Made by a program: the position numbers and the translations under genes
Notes under the pieces: model-generated
The model's input: only the letters and a program-made list of their open reading frames with translations
What the model was told of the DNA's origin: nothing
The model's database searches: none
Shown here: positions 55,382 through 64,000 of the stretch, in pieces
How the letters are laid out: each line of letters opens with the position of its first letter
Position numbering within the stretch: position 1 is the stretch's first letter
Source: Gemmatimonadota bacterium
GTDB taxonomy: Bacteria; Gemmatimonadota; Gemmatimonadetes; Palauibacterales; Palauibacteraceae
NCBI GenBank assembly: GCA_039586095.1
Contig: JBDHLB010000003.1
Span: 827 to 64,826, forward strand
Direction: 5' to 3'
DNA length: 64,000 nucleotides

Positions 55382-57604
55382 TCAGGGGTGCGCGCTCTCG
55401 CCGGCTCCACCCAGCCGGAACGGCGTGACCGTGATGGGCGTCAGCAACGGATCGCCCTCGCGCAGCCGGTAGACGCGGTTCAGTTCCACATCCGCGAACC
55501 GGTCGGTGTCACCGGTAGCCGGCCACGTGACCTCGACGGACTCGATGGATAGTGCGTCTCCCAGCCCGACTTCCTGCTGCAGGCTGTTCGCGCCGAAGGT
55601 GCCGCCACTGGACACCACCCGATGGATCTCGCGCGCTCCGGATTCCGTCCGCACCACGATCTTCAGACGCGCTCCCATCGCGGAGCGATTCGAGCGCACG
55701 CCTTCCAGTCGCAATGTGATCCAGCGGTTCCCGTGCCCCGGATTCTCGAACAGGACGTTGCGCGCCAGATCCGCCTCGTACGCACCGCCCATGGTCGTAT
55801 AGATGTCCTGGTCTCCGTCGTGGTCCAGGTCGCCGAACGCCACACCGTGACCCTTGCCTATATGCCCGAAACCACCCGCTGTGGTTACCTCCTGGAAGAA
55901 CTGGCCGCTTGCGCTTCGGAACATGCGGTTCGGGATGATCGTCTGGAGATTCGCCTCACCCGTCGCCAGGTAGAAGTCCTCCCAGCCGTCGTTGTCCAGA
56001 TCGCCGTAGTTGGAGCCCATCGTGATCATGATCCGGTCGAGACGCACCTCCTTCATGACATCGACGAAGGTGCCATCGCCGGCGTTGCGATACAGACGGG
56101 GCAGCTCCGCGCGATGCGTGAGACCCAGATACTCCGCCGCCAGGTCGCCCGGCGTGCCGCTGTAATCCGACACGAAGATGTCCAGCCAGCCGTCGTTGTC
56201 GTAATCCCAAACCCAGAGTGGAAAGCTGGCGATCGGCTCCGCCACGCCCGCGACATCGGTCACATCGGTGAACTTCCACCGCCCGTCAGCGTCGGGCCCC
56301 TCGTTCCTCAGAAGCACGTTCGGCTCGAGAAGACGCGACATGTACAGGTCGAGTCTGCCGTCGTTGTCGATGTCTCCCCAGGTAACCGCCTTTACGAAGC
56401 CGACGACCGCGGTCCCGGTTTCGGCCGCTACATCGGTGAAGGTGCCGTCCTGATTGTTGTGGAAGAGCTGGTTCGGGATCTGTCTGCCTCCGGTCGACTC
56501 GTTGCCCACGTACAGATCCAGCCAGCCGTCGTTGTCGTAATCACCCCAGCTCGCGCTCTGCGTGGAGTACGTTGCCAGGAGGCCGGCCGCCTCGGTCACA
56601 TCCTCGAACGTGCCGTCGCCGTTGTTGCGCAATAGCGAGTTCGGCTCGCCATGCGGGGTCCACGCGCCCCTCAGGATGAGGATGTCCAGCCAGCCGTCGT
56701 TGTTGTAATCCGCCTGTTCGATGTGGATGCCACCGACGACACCCTCCAGGCCGGCTTCCACCGACGCTTCGCTGAAGGTGCCGTCTCCCTCGTTGAGGAA
56801 CAGGCGCAGCTGATCGCCCAGGTGCCAGGAAGAGACAACGATGTCCAGATCGCCGTCGCCATCGAAGTCGTCCATGATGGCTCCGCCCAGATGTCCCATC
56901 ACGTCCAGCCCCAGCTCGGGGGCCATATCGGGAAAGCGCCCCACATCGTACTCGGATTCCAACGCCGCAGGCGGTATCAGATACTCCATCGGTACACCGT
57001 GCGGGTACTCGCCCAGCATCATGTAGGAGAGGTTGAGCAAGAACCGGGCGGTCATGTTCTCAGGCTTGACCTGCAAAAGTCCCGTGTGGGCAGCCACCGC
57101 TGACCTGGCGGCCTCTTCGGTCGTTCGTGAGTTGACGACCTCGACCGGAAACAGACAGGGCTCGACCGTCAGGGCTCGAACGCAGCCCTCCCGCTCCCAC
57201 AACCTGAGGTAGGCCGTGCCGAGGGACTCGACGATCGCGACCACCAACTCTTTCGGGACCTGCCCCGGGTGGGACGGGATCTCGGCTGCAAGCTGCTCCA
57301 GTCGCCCGATCGCCTCTTCGGTCTTCCCCACCCGCAGGGCTTCCCGGGCGATGTTCGTTTGCAGAGTCATTCGGCGGACGAGGTCTGTCGGAGGCTCGAT
57401 GCTCAGCGCAAGCTCCAGCCGGGCAGACCGGACGTAGGGGTGGTTCATCGGTTCCACGTCCTCGGCGAGTCGCTGGAGCCGCTCGTCCATCTCGACCGTT
57501 CCGGTCCCGCGCCAGGCACGTTCCGGTTCGTCCGCACACCCCACCCACACCGAGGAAGCCCCCAGTGTGACAAGAACGGCCGTTCGCATACGTAGTCGGG
57601 ACAT
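55382..57604 (-). CDS. CRTAC1-family protein (N-terminal TPR-like region, FG-GAP/VCBS repeats, C-terminal ASPIC/UnbV)
   Basis: ATG 57604 with lipoprotein-like signal MSRLRMRTAVLVTLGASSVWVGC. Repeats DFDGDGDLDIVV, DYNNDGWLDIL, DYDNDGWLDLY, DIDNDGRLDLY. The C-terminus reads NRWITLRLEGVRSNRSAMGARLKIV. Confidence 0.85.
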   Translation of the reverse strand: MSRLRMRTAVLVTLGASSVWVGCADEPERAWRGTGTVEMDERLQRLAEDVEPMNHPYVRSARLELALSIEPPTDLVRRMTLQTNIAREALRVGKTEEAIGRLEQLAAEIPSHPGQVPKELVVAIVESLGTAYLRLWEREGCVRALTVEPCLFPVEVVNSRTTEEAARSAVAAHTGLLQVKPENMTARFLLNLSYMMLGEYPHGVPMEYLIPPAALESEYDVGRFPDMAPELGLDVMGHLGGAIMDDFDGDGDLDIVVSSWHLGDQLRLFLNEGDGTFSEASVEAGLEGVVGGIHIEQADYNNDGWLDILILRGAWTPHGEPNSLLRNNGDGTFEDVTEAAGLLATYSTQSASWGDYDNDGWLDLYVGNESTGGRQIPNQLFHNNQDGTFTDVAAETGTAVVGFVKAVTWGDIDNDGRLDLYMSRLLEPNVLLRNEGPDADGRWKFTDVTDVAGVAEPIASFPLWVWDYDNDGWLDIFVSDYSGTPGDLAAEYLGLTHRAELPRLYRNAGDGTFVDVMKEVRLDRIMITMGSNYGDLDNDGWEDFYLATGEANLQTIIPNRMFRSASGQFFQEVTTAGGFGHIGKGHGVAFGDLDHDGDQDIYTTMGGAYEADLARNVLFENPGHGNRWITLRLEGVRSNRSAMGARLKIVVRTESGAREIHRVVSSGGTFGANSLQQEVGLGDALSIESVEVTWPATGDTDRFADVELNRVYRLREGDPLLTPITVTPFRLGGAGESAHP

Positions 57605-57748
57605 GATGGGCCTGTGCACGCTCTGGTCTCCGAAACTGCCAATCCGAGGTTGCCCGGGCCCCGCGCGGCCCGAACCTGCCAACCTGAGTCTGCCATGATC
57701 GGCGCGCAGGGGCGAGGCCGGACTCTGGCTTGGCCTGCGATCACCGTC

Positions 57749-57754
57749 TATAAT
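57749..57754 (+). promoter_or_regulatory. Perfect TATAAT -10 hexamer upstream of ORF 57828
   Basis: TATAAT lies at 57749-57754, 74 nt before the ATG. No good -35 sits at 16-18 nt spacing (TTGGCC at 13 nt, CTGGCT at 18 nt). Confidence 0.25.
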
Positions 57755-57827
57755 CGGTCCCGCTCGTTGTCCCACCGGTCACACGAGATCATTCACGAAC
57801 CGATCAACGCCACAGGAGGAGTCATTA

Positions 57828-58295
57828 ATGAGAATGTTGCTGGCCATCATCGCTGTCGCGCTGTCGCTCTCGCTGTCCACCCAGGCCGTCCACGCGCAGG
57901 AAGGCGAGACGTGGGAGACACAGGAGACCGTCTACAACGTCACGCTGATCAAGATTCACCCCAACATGGGTGACGCGTATCTCAACAATCTCCGCCGAAC
58001 CTGGGTCACAGGCGTGGAAGCGGCCATCGCCGAGGGCCTGACCGTCGACTACGCGATCTATTCCTCGATCACGCCCAACGACGGCGGCTACAACCTGATC
58101 CTGGTAACAGAGCACCCGAATCTGGCGGCGCTGGATGCGACCGACGCGTGGCGCCAGAAGCTGGCAGCGATCAACGAGAGCGTCGTTGCCCAGCTGAGCG
58201 ACGAGGAGTCAGAGCGGATCACGAACACCGTCTATCCGGAGATCCGCTCGATCCTCAGCAACAAGATGGTGCGGGAGATCAAGTTCATCGAGTAG
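57828..58295 (+). CDS. Secreted hypothetical protein (155 aa)
   Basis: AGGAGGA RBS. Signal peptide MRMLLAIIAVALSLSLSTQAVHA-QE. Noticeably less GC-rich than its neighbours. It is followed by a strong terminator. A dimeric alpha/beta-barrel-like fold is only a guess. Confidence 0.65.
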   Translation: MRMLLAIIAVALSLSLSTQAVHAQEGETWETQETVYNVTLIKIHPNMGDAYLNNLRRTWVTGVEAAIAEGLTVDYAIYSSITPNDGGYNLILVTEHPNLAALDATDAWRQKLAAINESVVAQLSDEESERITNTVYPEIRSILSNKMVREIKFIE

Positions 58296-58332
58296 CCTCA
58301 TCTCCGCACGGCGACCGGTCGGGGATTTCGGA

Positions 58333-58363
58333 GGGGGGAGCGCTGGCTCCCCCTCTTCTTTTG
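58333..58363. terminator. Rho-independent terminator hairpin between convergent genes
   Basis: GGGGGAGC (58334-58341) pairs with GCTCCCCC (58346-58353) across a GCTG loop and is followed by TCTTCTTTTG. Confidence 0.6.
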
Positions 58364-58375
58364 TTCCGGTATTTG

Positions 58376-59453
58376 CTACCGGTTCTTGGTTCCGGCCTTC
58401 GCTTCGGTCGTCTGCCGGGAGCCTCGATTCGGCTCGATAATCGCCTTCGTCACGCGAAGCTCGGACACGTCCTGCAGCGCCTCGTCCACCCCGTCGAGCC
58501 CGTACCGGCCCCCGATGACGCGGCCAAACGGAAGTCGGTCGCGGTGCCTGGCCAGCATACGAAGGGCCCGCACCACGTGATGAAAGTCCGTGCCCCACTG
58601 ACCGCGCACCTCCGCGTGTTTGCGATTGAGATCGGCGTGCGGGTTGATCGCCACGGGTCCCGCGTCCGTGTAGTGGCCCGCGACCACGTACGTGCCCCCG
58701 TCCCGAAGAAGGCCGAGGCCCTCAGAAATGCCGCTGCGCCCGTTCCTCGACGGACGTCGTGTCCAGCGGAAGTGTGATGTCCGCACCGAGAACCTCAGCG
58801 AGGGCGAGCCGGTCCGCCGGGGCACCGATCAGGAGGACATGCCCGGCTCCACGGAGCGCGGAGAAGGCTGCCGCCGAGAGACCGACGGGGCCGGCCCCCT
58901 GCACAAGCACCGTGTCGCCCATTTCCAGCTGCGATCGTTCCACGGCGCCATAACCGGTGAACAGGCCACAGCCACCACCGATCAAGTCATCGGGGGAGAG
59001 CTCGGAAGGGAGCTTGAGGATTCGGACCCCGGGCTTCAGGTAGATCCGTTCCGACCAGCCTCCCAGCGCTCCCTCGTACACGGAATAGTTGATCCCGTAG
59101 ACCCGCCTAGAGGGGCACCGATTCGGCTGTCGCGCCACCAGGCAGTGATAGCAGGAGCCACACGTCTCGTGGACATCGTAGAAGGTGACAGGATCGCCTG
59201 GCTTCAGGGTCTCGCCCACGGCATCGCGATCGACTCCAGAGCTCTCCAGGATCCGCCCGACGCTCACGTGACCGGGGATGATCGGGTAGGGTACGCCCGC
59301 CAGCCGACCCCGATGCAGATGGACGTCCGTTCCGCACACCTCGCTCGCGATCGTTTCCAGCAGCACCGCACCGGGCTTGAGCGCGGGATCGTCGAGACTC
59401 CACACCTCGATCGGCGCGTCGGGAGCGACCATCACGGCAGCGTGTATCGGCAT
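58376..59453 (-). pseudogene. Zn-dependent alcohol dehydrogenase (MDR family), disrupted by an internal deletion/frameshift near 58725-58735
   Basis: The N-terminal frame (59453 to stop 58722) has CGTDVH, the structural-Zn motif CGSCYHCLVARQPNRC and GAGPVG, and ends ...SVEERAQRHF*. A second frame continues ISEGLGLLRDGGTYVVAGHY... to 58376. About 20-25 residues expected between the two pieces are absent. Confidence 0.7.
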
Positions 59454-59551
59454 GAGGGCAGTGTAGTGCCGAGCAAGGCACGCGGCGACGGCTGATCGCT
59501 CCTGACCACCCTGGTTGTGGCCATACAGGCCGCTTGCCAGGCCAGGCTAAA

Positions 59552-59567
59552 AAGTGAATATTTACTT
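59552..59567. promoter_or_regulatory. Candidate TetR operator: near-perfect 16-bp palindrome AAGTGAATATTTACTT
   Basis: The half-sites match in 7 of 8 positions. It is the only AT-rich patch in the divergent ADH/TetR intergenic region, 72 nt upstream of the TetR start. Confidence 0.35.
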
Positions 59568-59638
59568 ACAACCGAGCGCCGCAAGCCCGCCAATGCGCGG
59601 GGCGTCGACCTGTTCCGACAACGCGGAAGGCTGGGAAA

Positions 59639-60328
59639 ATGAGCGTGATACACGATCAGGCCGTGGCAGGAGGCGCCGAAACGGCCGGGGAACCGCGGCA
59701 ATACAAGCGCCGGGGTGAGCGGCGCTCGCAGATCATCGAAGCGACGATCGCCATCCTGTCGGAGAAGGGCCTGCACGCCTGGACGACATCGGCCCTGGCG
59801 GAGCGTGTGGGCGTTTCGGAGGCGACGTTGTTTCGTCACTTCAAGTCGAAGGACGAGATCCTCGTCGCGGCGCTGCGCCACCAGATCCACACCCTGCAGG
59901 CCCGCATCCAGAGCTATCGGGGAGAAGGAGGCCCCTGGGATCGGGTGCGGGGCCTTGTCGACCACGTGCTGGACTTCGTGCACGAGACCGCCGGCGGACC
60001 GCTGATCATCATGACCGGGCAGGCGATTCGGATTCTTCCTGCCATCCGGGACGACGTGAACGCGACCCGCACGATGTTTCGCGAAAAGCTGATGACGCTG
60101 GTCGCGCAGGCGCTGGGAGACGTGCATCAGAGCGGAGTGTTCGATCCGGGCCAGGTAGCCGATTTGATCGTGGCCATCGTCCACTCGACCGGCCTCCGGT
60201 GGATCGTGTCGGACGGGTCGATCTCGCTGACCGAGACGGCTGGCGGGATGCTCGATGTGCTCGCGCGCGGCCTGGGCGGTGAAGAGTCGGGCACCGAACC
60301 CCCGGGAGGGAAGGAGGTGGCGCCGTGA
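59639..60328 (+). CDS. TetR/AcrR family transcriptional regulator
   Basis: The N-terminal HTH is RRSQIIEATIAILSEKGLHAWTTSALAERVGVSEATLFRHFKSKDEIL. Confidence 0.9.
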   Translation: MSVIHDQAVAGGAETAGEPRQYKRRGERRSQIIEATIAILSEKGLHAWTTSALAERVGVSEATLFRHFKSKDEILVAALRHQIHTLQARIQSYRGEGGPWDRVRGLVDHVLDFVHETAGGPLIIMTGQAIRILPAIRDDVNATRTMFREKLMTLVAQALGDVHQSGVFDPGQVADLIVAIVHSTGLRWIVSDGSISLTETAGGMLDVLARGLGGEESGTEPPGGKEVAP

Positions 60329-61677
60329 GACCCCGGATGACGGCGCTTCTGCTTGGCGTGCTCATCGGGCCGATCGGTTCACCGGCCGCACTCGCCCAGG
60401 AAGGAGCGAAACTCTCGCTGCTGGAGGCGGTGGAGCGGGGGATGTCCCGGTATCCCTCCGTGGGTGCGGCGCAGGCTGGGGCGGACGCCGCGCGGGCGGC
60501 CGTCGGTCAGGCGAGCTCCGCGTGGTTCCCGGCCCTCACGCTGGACGCTTCGATCACTCGTTTCTCGGACGCGATGATCGTGTATCCACTGCACGAATTC
60601 GACATCGAGCGAGTTCCTCCTTTCGATGAGACGCTGACGCGTGCCAGCACGGTGCTCTCGTACACGCTGTTCGATGGGTTCGGGCGACAGGCGGACGTTC
60701 GTCGAGCGAGGGCCGATTTCGGCGTGGCCGAATCGGACGTGGCCGGGACGACGCAGGAGCTCATCGCCCGCATCGCGAGCACGTATCTCGACGTTCTCGG
60801 AAGGCGCGAGGTTCTCGAGGCGAACGACGAGCGCATCGATGCGCTCGAGGCCGAGCTCGGTCGCGTGGAGCAGCTCCTCGAGGCCGGGCGCGCCGCCCGG
60901 CTGGAGGTGGTTCGGGTCGAGGCCGAGCTCGCCTCGGCCCGGGCGGATCGGGTTGCCGCGGCAGTCGCGCTGGACGTCGCCGAGCGCGAGCTGGGCCGAC
61001 TGACCGACGAACCCGTCGAGCGGACCCGGAGCGAGCAGCTGCTGGCGGTGTCGCTCGCGGCCCAGCGGTTACCCTACGATCGCGCCGATCTGGTAGAGCG
61101 GGCGGTGAGCAACAATCCGTTGGTCGAACGGGCCGACAGGCAGCGCCAGGCGGCATCCGCCGCCGTCTCCCTCGCCCGGAGCTCGTGGTGGCCTCGCCTG
61201 GATCTCATGGGCACCCTGATCAACTACGGCAGCCCCAACACGGAAGATCAGCTCGAATGGAATGTGGCCCTCGCCGCCCGCTGGCCGCTGTTCGCCGGTC
61301 TCAACCGCAGCCGTGGCGTCGAACGTGCGCAGGCCCGACGGCGTGCTGCCGACGAGACGCTACGACTGACCGAGATCGAAGTGGCGAAGGCCGTGGACCG
61401 CGCCTTTTCGGCCGTCCAGGAGTCTTCCGCCAGGGTGGCGAGCCTGCGGTCCGCCGTGCGGAGCTTCGAGGAGGTCGCCCGCATCGAGCAGCTGAGACTG
61501 GAGACGGGAACGGGAGTTCAGCCGGACTTCCTCCGTGCGGAGGCCGATCTGCTCGTGGCCCGGGCCAACCTGGCCGAGACGCGGCACGGAGAAATGAAGG
61601 CGCACGTGGAGCTGGCCAGGGTGCTGGGTGAATTGAGCCCGGGCTGGCTCTCCGACAACCTGGAGATAGAGCGATGA
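60325..61677 (+). CDS. TolC-family outer-membrane efflux protein
   Basis: GTGA overlap with the TetR gene, a signal peptide, and the two-repeat coiled-coil/beta architecture typical of OMF proteins. Confidence 0.85.
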   Translation: MRPRMTALLLGVLIGPIGSPAALAQEGAKLSLLEAVERGMSRYPSVGAAQAGADAARAAVGQASSAWFPALTLDASITRFSDAMIVYPLHEFDIERVPPFDETLTRASTVLSYTLFDGFGRQADVRRARADFGVAESDVAGTTQELIARIASTYLDVLGRREVLEANDERIDALEAELGRVEQLLEAGRAARLEVVRVEAELASARADRVAAAVALDVAERELGRLTDEPVERTRSEQLLAVSLAAQRLPYDRADLVERAVSNNPLVERADRQRQAASAAVSLARSSWWPRLDLMGTLINYGSPNTEDQLEWNVALAARWPLFAGLNRSRGVERAQARRRAADETLRLTEIEVAKAVDRAFSAVQESSARVASLRSAVRSFEEVARIEQLRLETGTGVQPDFLRAEADLLVARANLAETRHGEMKAHVELARVLGELSPGWLSDNLEIER

Positions 61678-62678
61678 GTGGGACCAGACGTCGCGCGGTT
61701 CCCGCGCTGGTGGTGATCGTGCTCGCCGCAACCGCCTGGCTGTGGTTCGGCCTGCTCCGATCCGATAACGACGCCGACAGCCTGCTCTCCTCGGGCACCG
61801 TCGAGGCCACGGAAGCGCGACTCGGATTCCAGGCCGCTGGACGGATCGAGATGATCGGGGTTCGGGAGGGCGACCGCGTGGTGGCCGGCCAGCTCCTGGC
61901 CAGACTGGATCAGCAGGAGATCCTGGCCCGACGCGCGCAGGCTGAAGCACAGGTGGCGGGCGCTCGCGCGATGCTGCGCGAGCTGCAGACCGGTTTTCGT
62001 AGCGAGGAGGTCGCTCAGGCACGCGCGGGTCGAGACGCCGCGGCGCAGCGTTTCGCGGACGCCGGGCGCGACCTCCAGCGCGCACGTGTGCTGTTCGAGG
62101 GAGGCGCGATCAGCCAGGAGGCGCTGGACAAGGCCGAGGTCGCTCACGAGGTGGCTCGCAGTCAGCTGGAACAGGCTGCGGAGCAGCTCCAGTTGTTCGA
62201 GTCGGGTCCTCGTGCCGAGCGCATCGAGAGCCAGCGGGCTCAGCTCGCCGCGGCCGAGGCCAGTCTGCGGGCGATCGAAGCCGCGATCGAGTATGCGACG
62301 ATCGAGGCGCCCTTCGACGGGGTCGTGACCCTTCGTCACAGCGAGCCCGGCGAAATCGTGGCGCCGGGCGCGGCCGTGCTCACCATCACGAACCCAGACG
62401 ACCGCTGGGTGAGGATCTACGTGCGCGAGGATCGGATCGGGGCCGTGCAGCTCGGGACCGAGGCATCGATCACCTCTGACACCTACCACGACAAGAACTA
62501 CGCCGGCGAGGTGATCTTCATCGCTACGGAAGCAGAGTTCACGCCCAAGAACGTGCAGACGACCGAGGAACGCGTGAAGCTGGTGTTTGCCGTCAAGGTG
62601 CAGATCACGGGCGATGAAGATCAGGACCTGAAGCCGGGCATGCCGGCCGATGTCCTGCTGCGGCTCGCCGAGTCCTGA
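61674..62678 (+). CDS. HlyD-family membrane-fusion (periplasmic adaptor) protein
   Basis: ATGA overlap, an N-terminal TM, a lipoyl-like motif (GDRVVAGQLLARLD), a long coiled-coil hairpin and a beta-barrel domain (ATIEAPFDGVVT). Confidence 0.9.
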   Translation: MSGTRRRAVPALVVIVLAATAWLWFGLLRSDNDADSLLSSGTVEATEARLGFQAAGRIEMIGVREGDRVVAGQLLARLDQQEILARRAQAEAQVAGARAMLRELQTGFRSEEVAQARAGRDAAAQRFADAGRDLQRARVLFEGGAISQEALDKAEVAHEVARSQLEQAAEQLQLFESGPRAERIESQRAQLAAAEASLRAIEAAIEYATIEAPFDGVVTLRHSEPGEIVAPGAAVLTITNPDDRWVRIYVREDRIGAVQLGTEASITSDTYHDKNYAGEVIFIATEAEFTPKNVQTTEERVKLVFAVKVQITGDEDQDLKPGMPADVLLRLAES

Positions 62679-63628
62679 TGCACGCCGAGGCCGCCGTACG
62701 TCTGGACGGATTGGCACGTCGATTCGCGGATGTGGCAGCCGTCGACGAGCTCACCTTCGAGGTCGGGCGGGGCGAGCTGTTCGGCCTGGTGGGGCCGGAC
62801 GGGGCCGGGAAGACGACCACGCTGCGCATGCTGGCGGGTGTGCTTCGCCCCACCGGTGGCGACGCCGTGGTTCTCGGCCACAGCCTCGCGTCAAATGCCG
62901 AGGCGGCGAAGCCCCATGTCGCCTACATGTCCCAACGCTTCGGTCTGTACGCGGACCTCACCGTGCAGGAGAACCTGGACTTCTACGCGGACCTGTACGG
63001 TGTGCCCCGGGACCGGCGAGCACCTCGACTCGAGCGCCTGTTCCAGTTCTCGGGTCTCGCTCCATTCAGGGATCGACTGGCCGGCAAGCTGTCCGGTGGA
63101 ATGAAGCAGAAGCTCGGGCTGTCCTGCGCGCTGATCCATCAGCCGGATCTGCTGCTTTTGGACGAGCCGACCTTCGGAGTGGATCCGATCTCTCGCCGCG
63201 ATTTGTGGCTGATCGTGCACGAGATGGTCGCACAGGGCGTCACGGTGATCGTCAGCACGGCCTACATGGACGAGGCGGAGCGCCTGGATCGGGTCGCGTT
63301 GCTGTACAACGGCAGACTGCTCGCCCTGGAGAAGCCTCGGGCGTTGCAGCAGAGCCTCGCGGGACGCCTGCTGTCGGTGCGTGTCGCCCGCCCCCGCCAG
63401 GCGCGCGGGGAGCTGGAGAGGCAGCCAGAGGTCCGCTGGGCGGCCGTTTTCGGCGACCGCGTGCATGCCGCGGTCGATGACGCGACGACGGCCGCGCCCG
63501 TGCTGGAGTCGGCACTCACTGCTGCGGGATTCCCGGATGCCAGGCTGAGCGAGCAGCCGCCCTCGATGGAGGACGTGTTCATGGACCGCACCGCCCGGGT
63601 GACGTCCGAACGGATGGACGGTAGCTGA
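62678..63628 (+). CDS. ABC transporter ATP-binding protein (ABC-2/YbhF-like)
   Basis: Walker A GPDGAGKTT, signature LSGGMKQKL, Walker B LLLLDEPTFGVD. Confidence 0.9.
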   Translation: MHAEAAVRLDGLARRFADVAAVDELTFEVGRGELFGLVGPDGAGKTTTLRMLAGVLRPTGGDAVVLGHSLASNAEAAKPHVAYMSQRFGLYADLTVQENLDFYADLYGVPRDRRAPRLERLFQFSGLAPFRDRLAGKLSGGMKQKLGLSCALIHQPDLLLLDEPTFGVDPISRRDLWLIVHEMVAQGVTVIVSTAYMDEAERLDRVALLYNGRLLALEKPRALQQSLAGRLLSVRVARPRQARGELERQPEVRWAAVFGDRVHAAVDDATTAAPVLESALTAAGFPDARLSEQPPSMEDVFMDRTARVTSERMDGS

Positions 63629-63629
63629 G

Positions 63630-64000
63630 GTGGGCGCGAACGAGGCGATCGGAGGACGGAACGGGACGGCCGTCCGCGCCGTCGAGCTGAGCAAGGCCTT
63701 CGGCGACTTCGTGGCTGTCGACCGAGTCTCGTTCGAGGTGCGGACGCGAGAGATCTTCGGCTTTCTCGGGCCCAACGGCGCGGGAAAGACCACGACGATC
63801 AAGATGCTGACCGGGCTCATGCGACCGTCCGGTGGTACGGCGACCGTGGCCGGGCACGACGTCGGCACGGAACGGGAGGCGATTCGCCGCCAGATCGGCT
63901 ACATGTCCCAGCTGTTCTCGCTGTACGCCGATCTTACGGTCGAGGAGAACATCGTCTTCTTCTCGCGGCTGTACGGCGTGCCGCCGGAGAAGCGTCTCGA
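63630..64000 (+). CDS. Second ABC transporter ATP-binding protein (3'-partial, runs off window)
   Basis: Not in the ORF track. My translation from GTG 63630 gives VGANEAIGGRNGTAVRAVELSKAFGDFVAVDRVSFEVRTREIFGFLGPNGAGKTTTIKML...YMSQLFSLYADLTVEEN, with no stop before nt 64000. Confidence 0.85.
   Translation, partial: MGANEAIGGRNGTAVRAVELSKAFGDFVAVDRVSFEVRTREIFGFLGPNGAGKTTTIKMLTGLMRPSGGTATVAGHDVGTEREAIRRQIGYMSQLFSLYADLTVEENIVFFSRLYGVPPEKRL

Noticed and set aside
1-64000. CRISPR arrays, transposases/integrases, prophage or defence-island genes, rRNA
   Set aside because: I saw no regularly spaced direct repeats, and no ORF with transposase, integrase, nuclease, helicase, reverse-transcriptase or Cas-like motifs. 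The only tandem repeats are short in-frame coding repeats. The tRNA has no flanking attachment-site-like duplication that I could find.

Overview
GC-rich (about two-thirds G+C by eye) bacterial chromosomal segment, densely coding on both strands: about 58 protein genes and one tRNA. I cannot assign a lineage from sequence alone. In order it contains: a Pho-regulon block (5'-partial PhoR-like kinase, phosphate porin, pstS-pstC-pstA-pstB-phoU, with pstA frame-disrupted); a glycosyltransferase trio (GT2 / GT-C / GT2) with overlapping gene ends; a three-gene operon of small uncharacterised proteins led by a ribbon-helix-helix protein; a 470-bp lower-GC non-coding gap; an NhaC-family transporter; SDR and C-N hydrolase genes; an OmpA-family protein plus a thioredoxin-like protein; pruA; a META lipoprotein; an isolated paaA-paaB-paaC oxygenase cluster in which PaaD is split into two genes and no paaE is present; DUF1028, VOC, TauE, CHAD and SixA genes; housekeeping genes (proS, fadB-like, M23 peptidase, metG, PSP1, accA, dnaE); a 70-aa extremely acidic mini-protein next to a stand-alone tRNA-Ile(GAU); a sigma54-type two-component pair followed by a candidate -24/-12 promoter, a TolB-like beta-propeller protein and two large CRTAC1/FG-GAP/ASPIC-UnbV proteins; a disrupted Zn-alcohol dehydrogenase; and a TetR-TolC-HlyD-ABC-ABC efflux locus that runs off the 3' end. 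I found no CRISPR array, transposase, integrase, rRNA or recognisable defence gene. Nothing here can honestly be called a clearly novel system from sequence alone. The best candidates for follow-up are the sigma54/TolB-like/CRTAC1 locus, the split-PaaD reductase-less paa cluster, the acidic mini-protein, the RHH-led trio and the DUF402-membrane fusion with an M50B peptidase. Start codons are often ambiguous because stop codons are rare at this GC content. Many long antisense ORFs in the track are artefacts.
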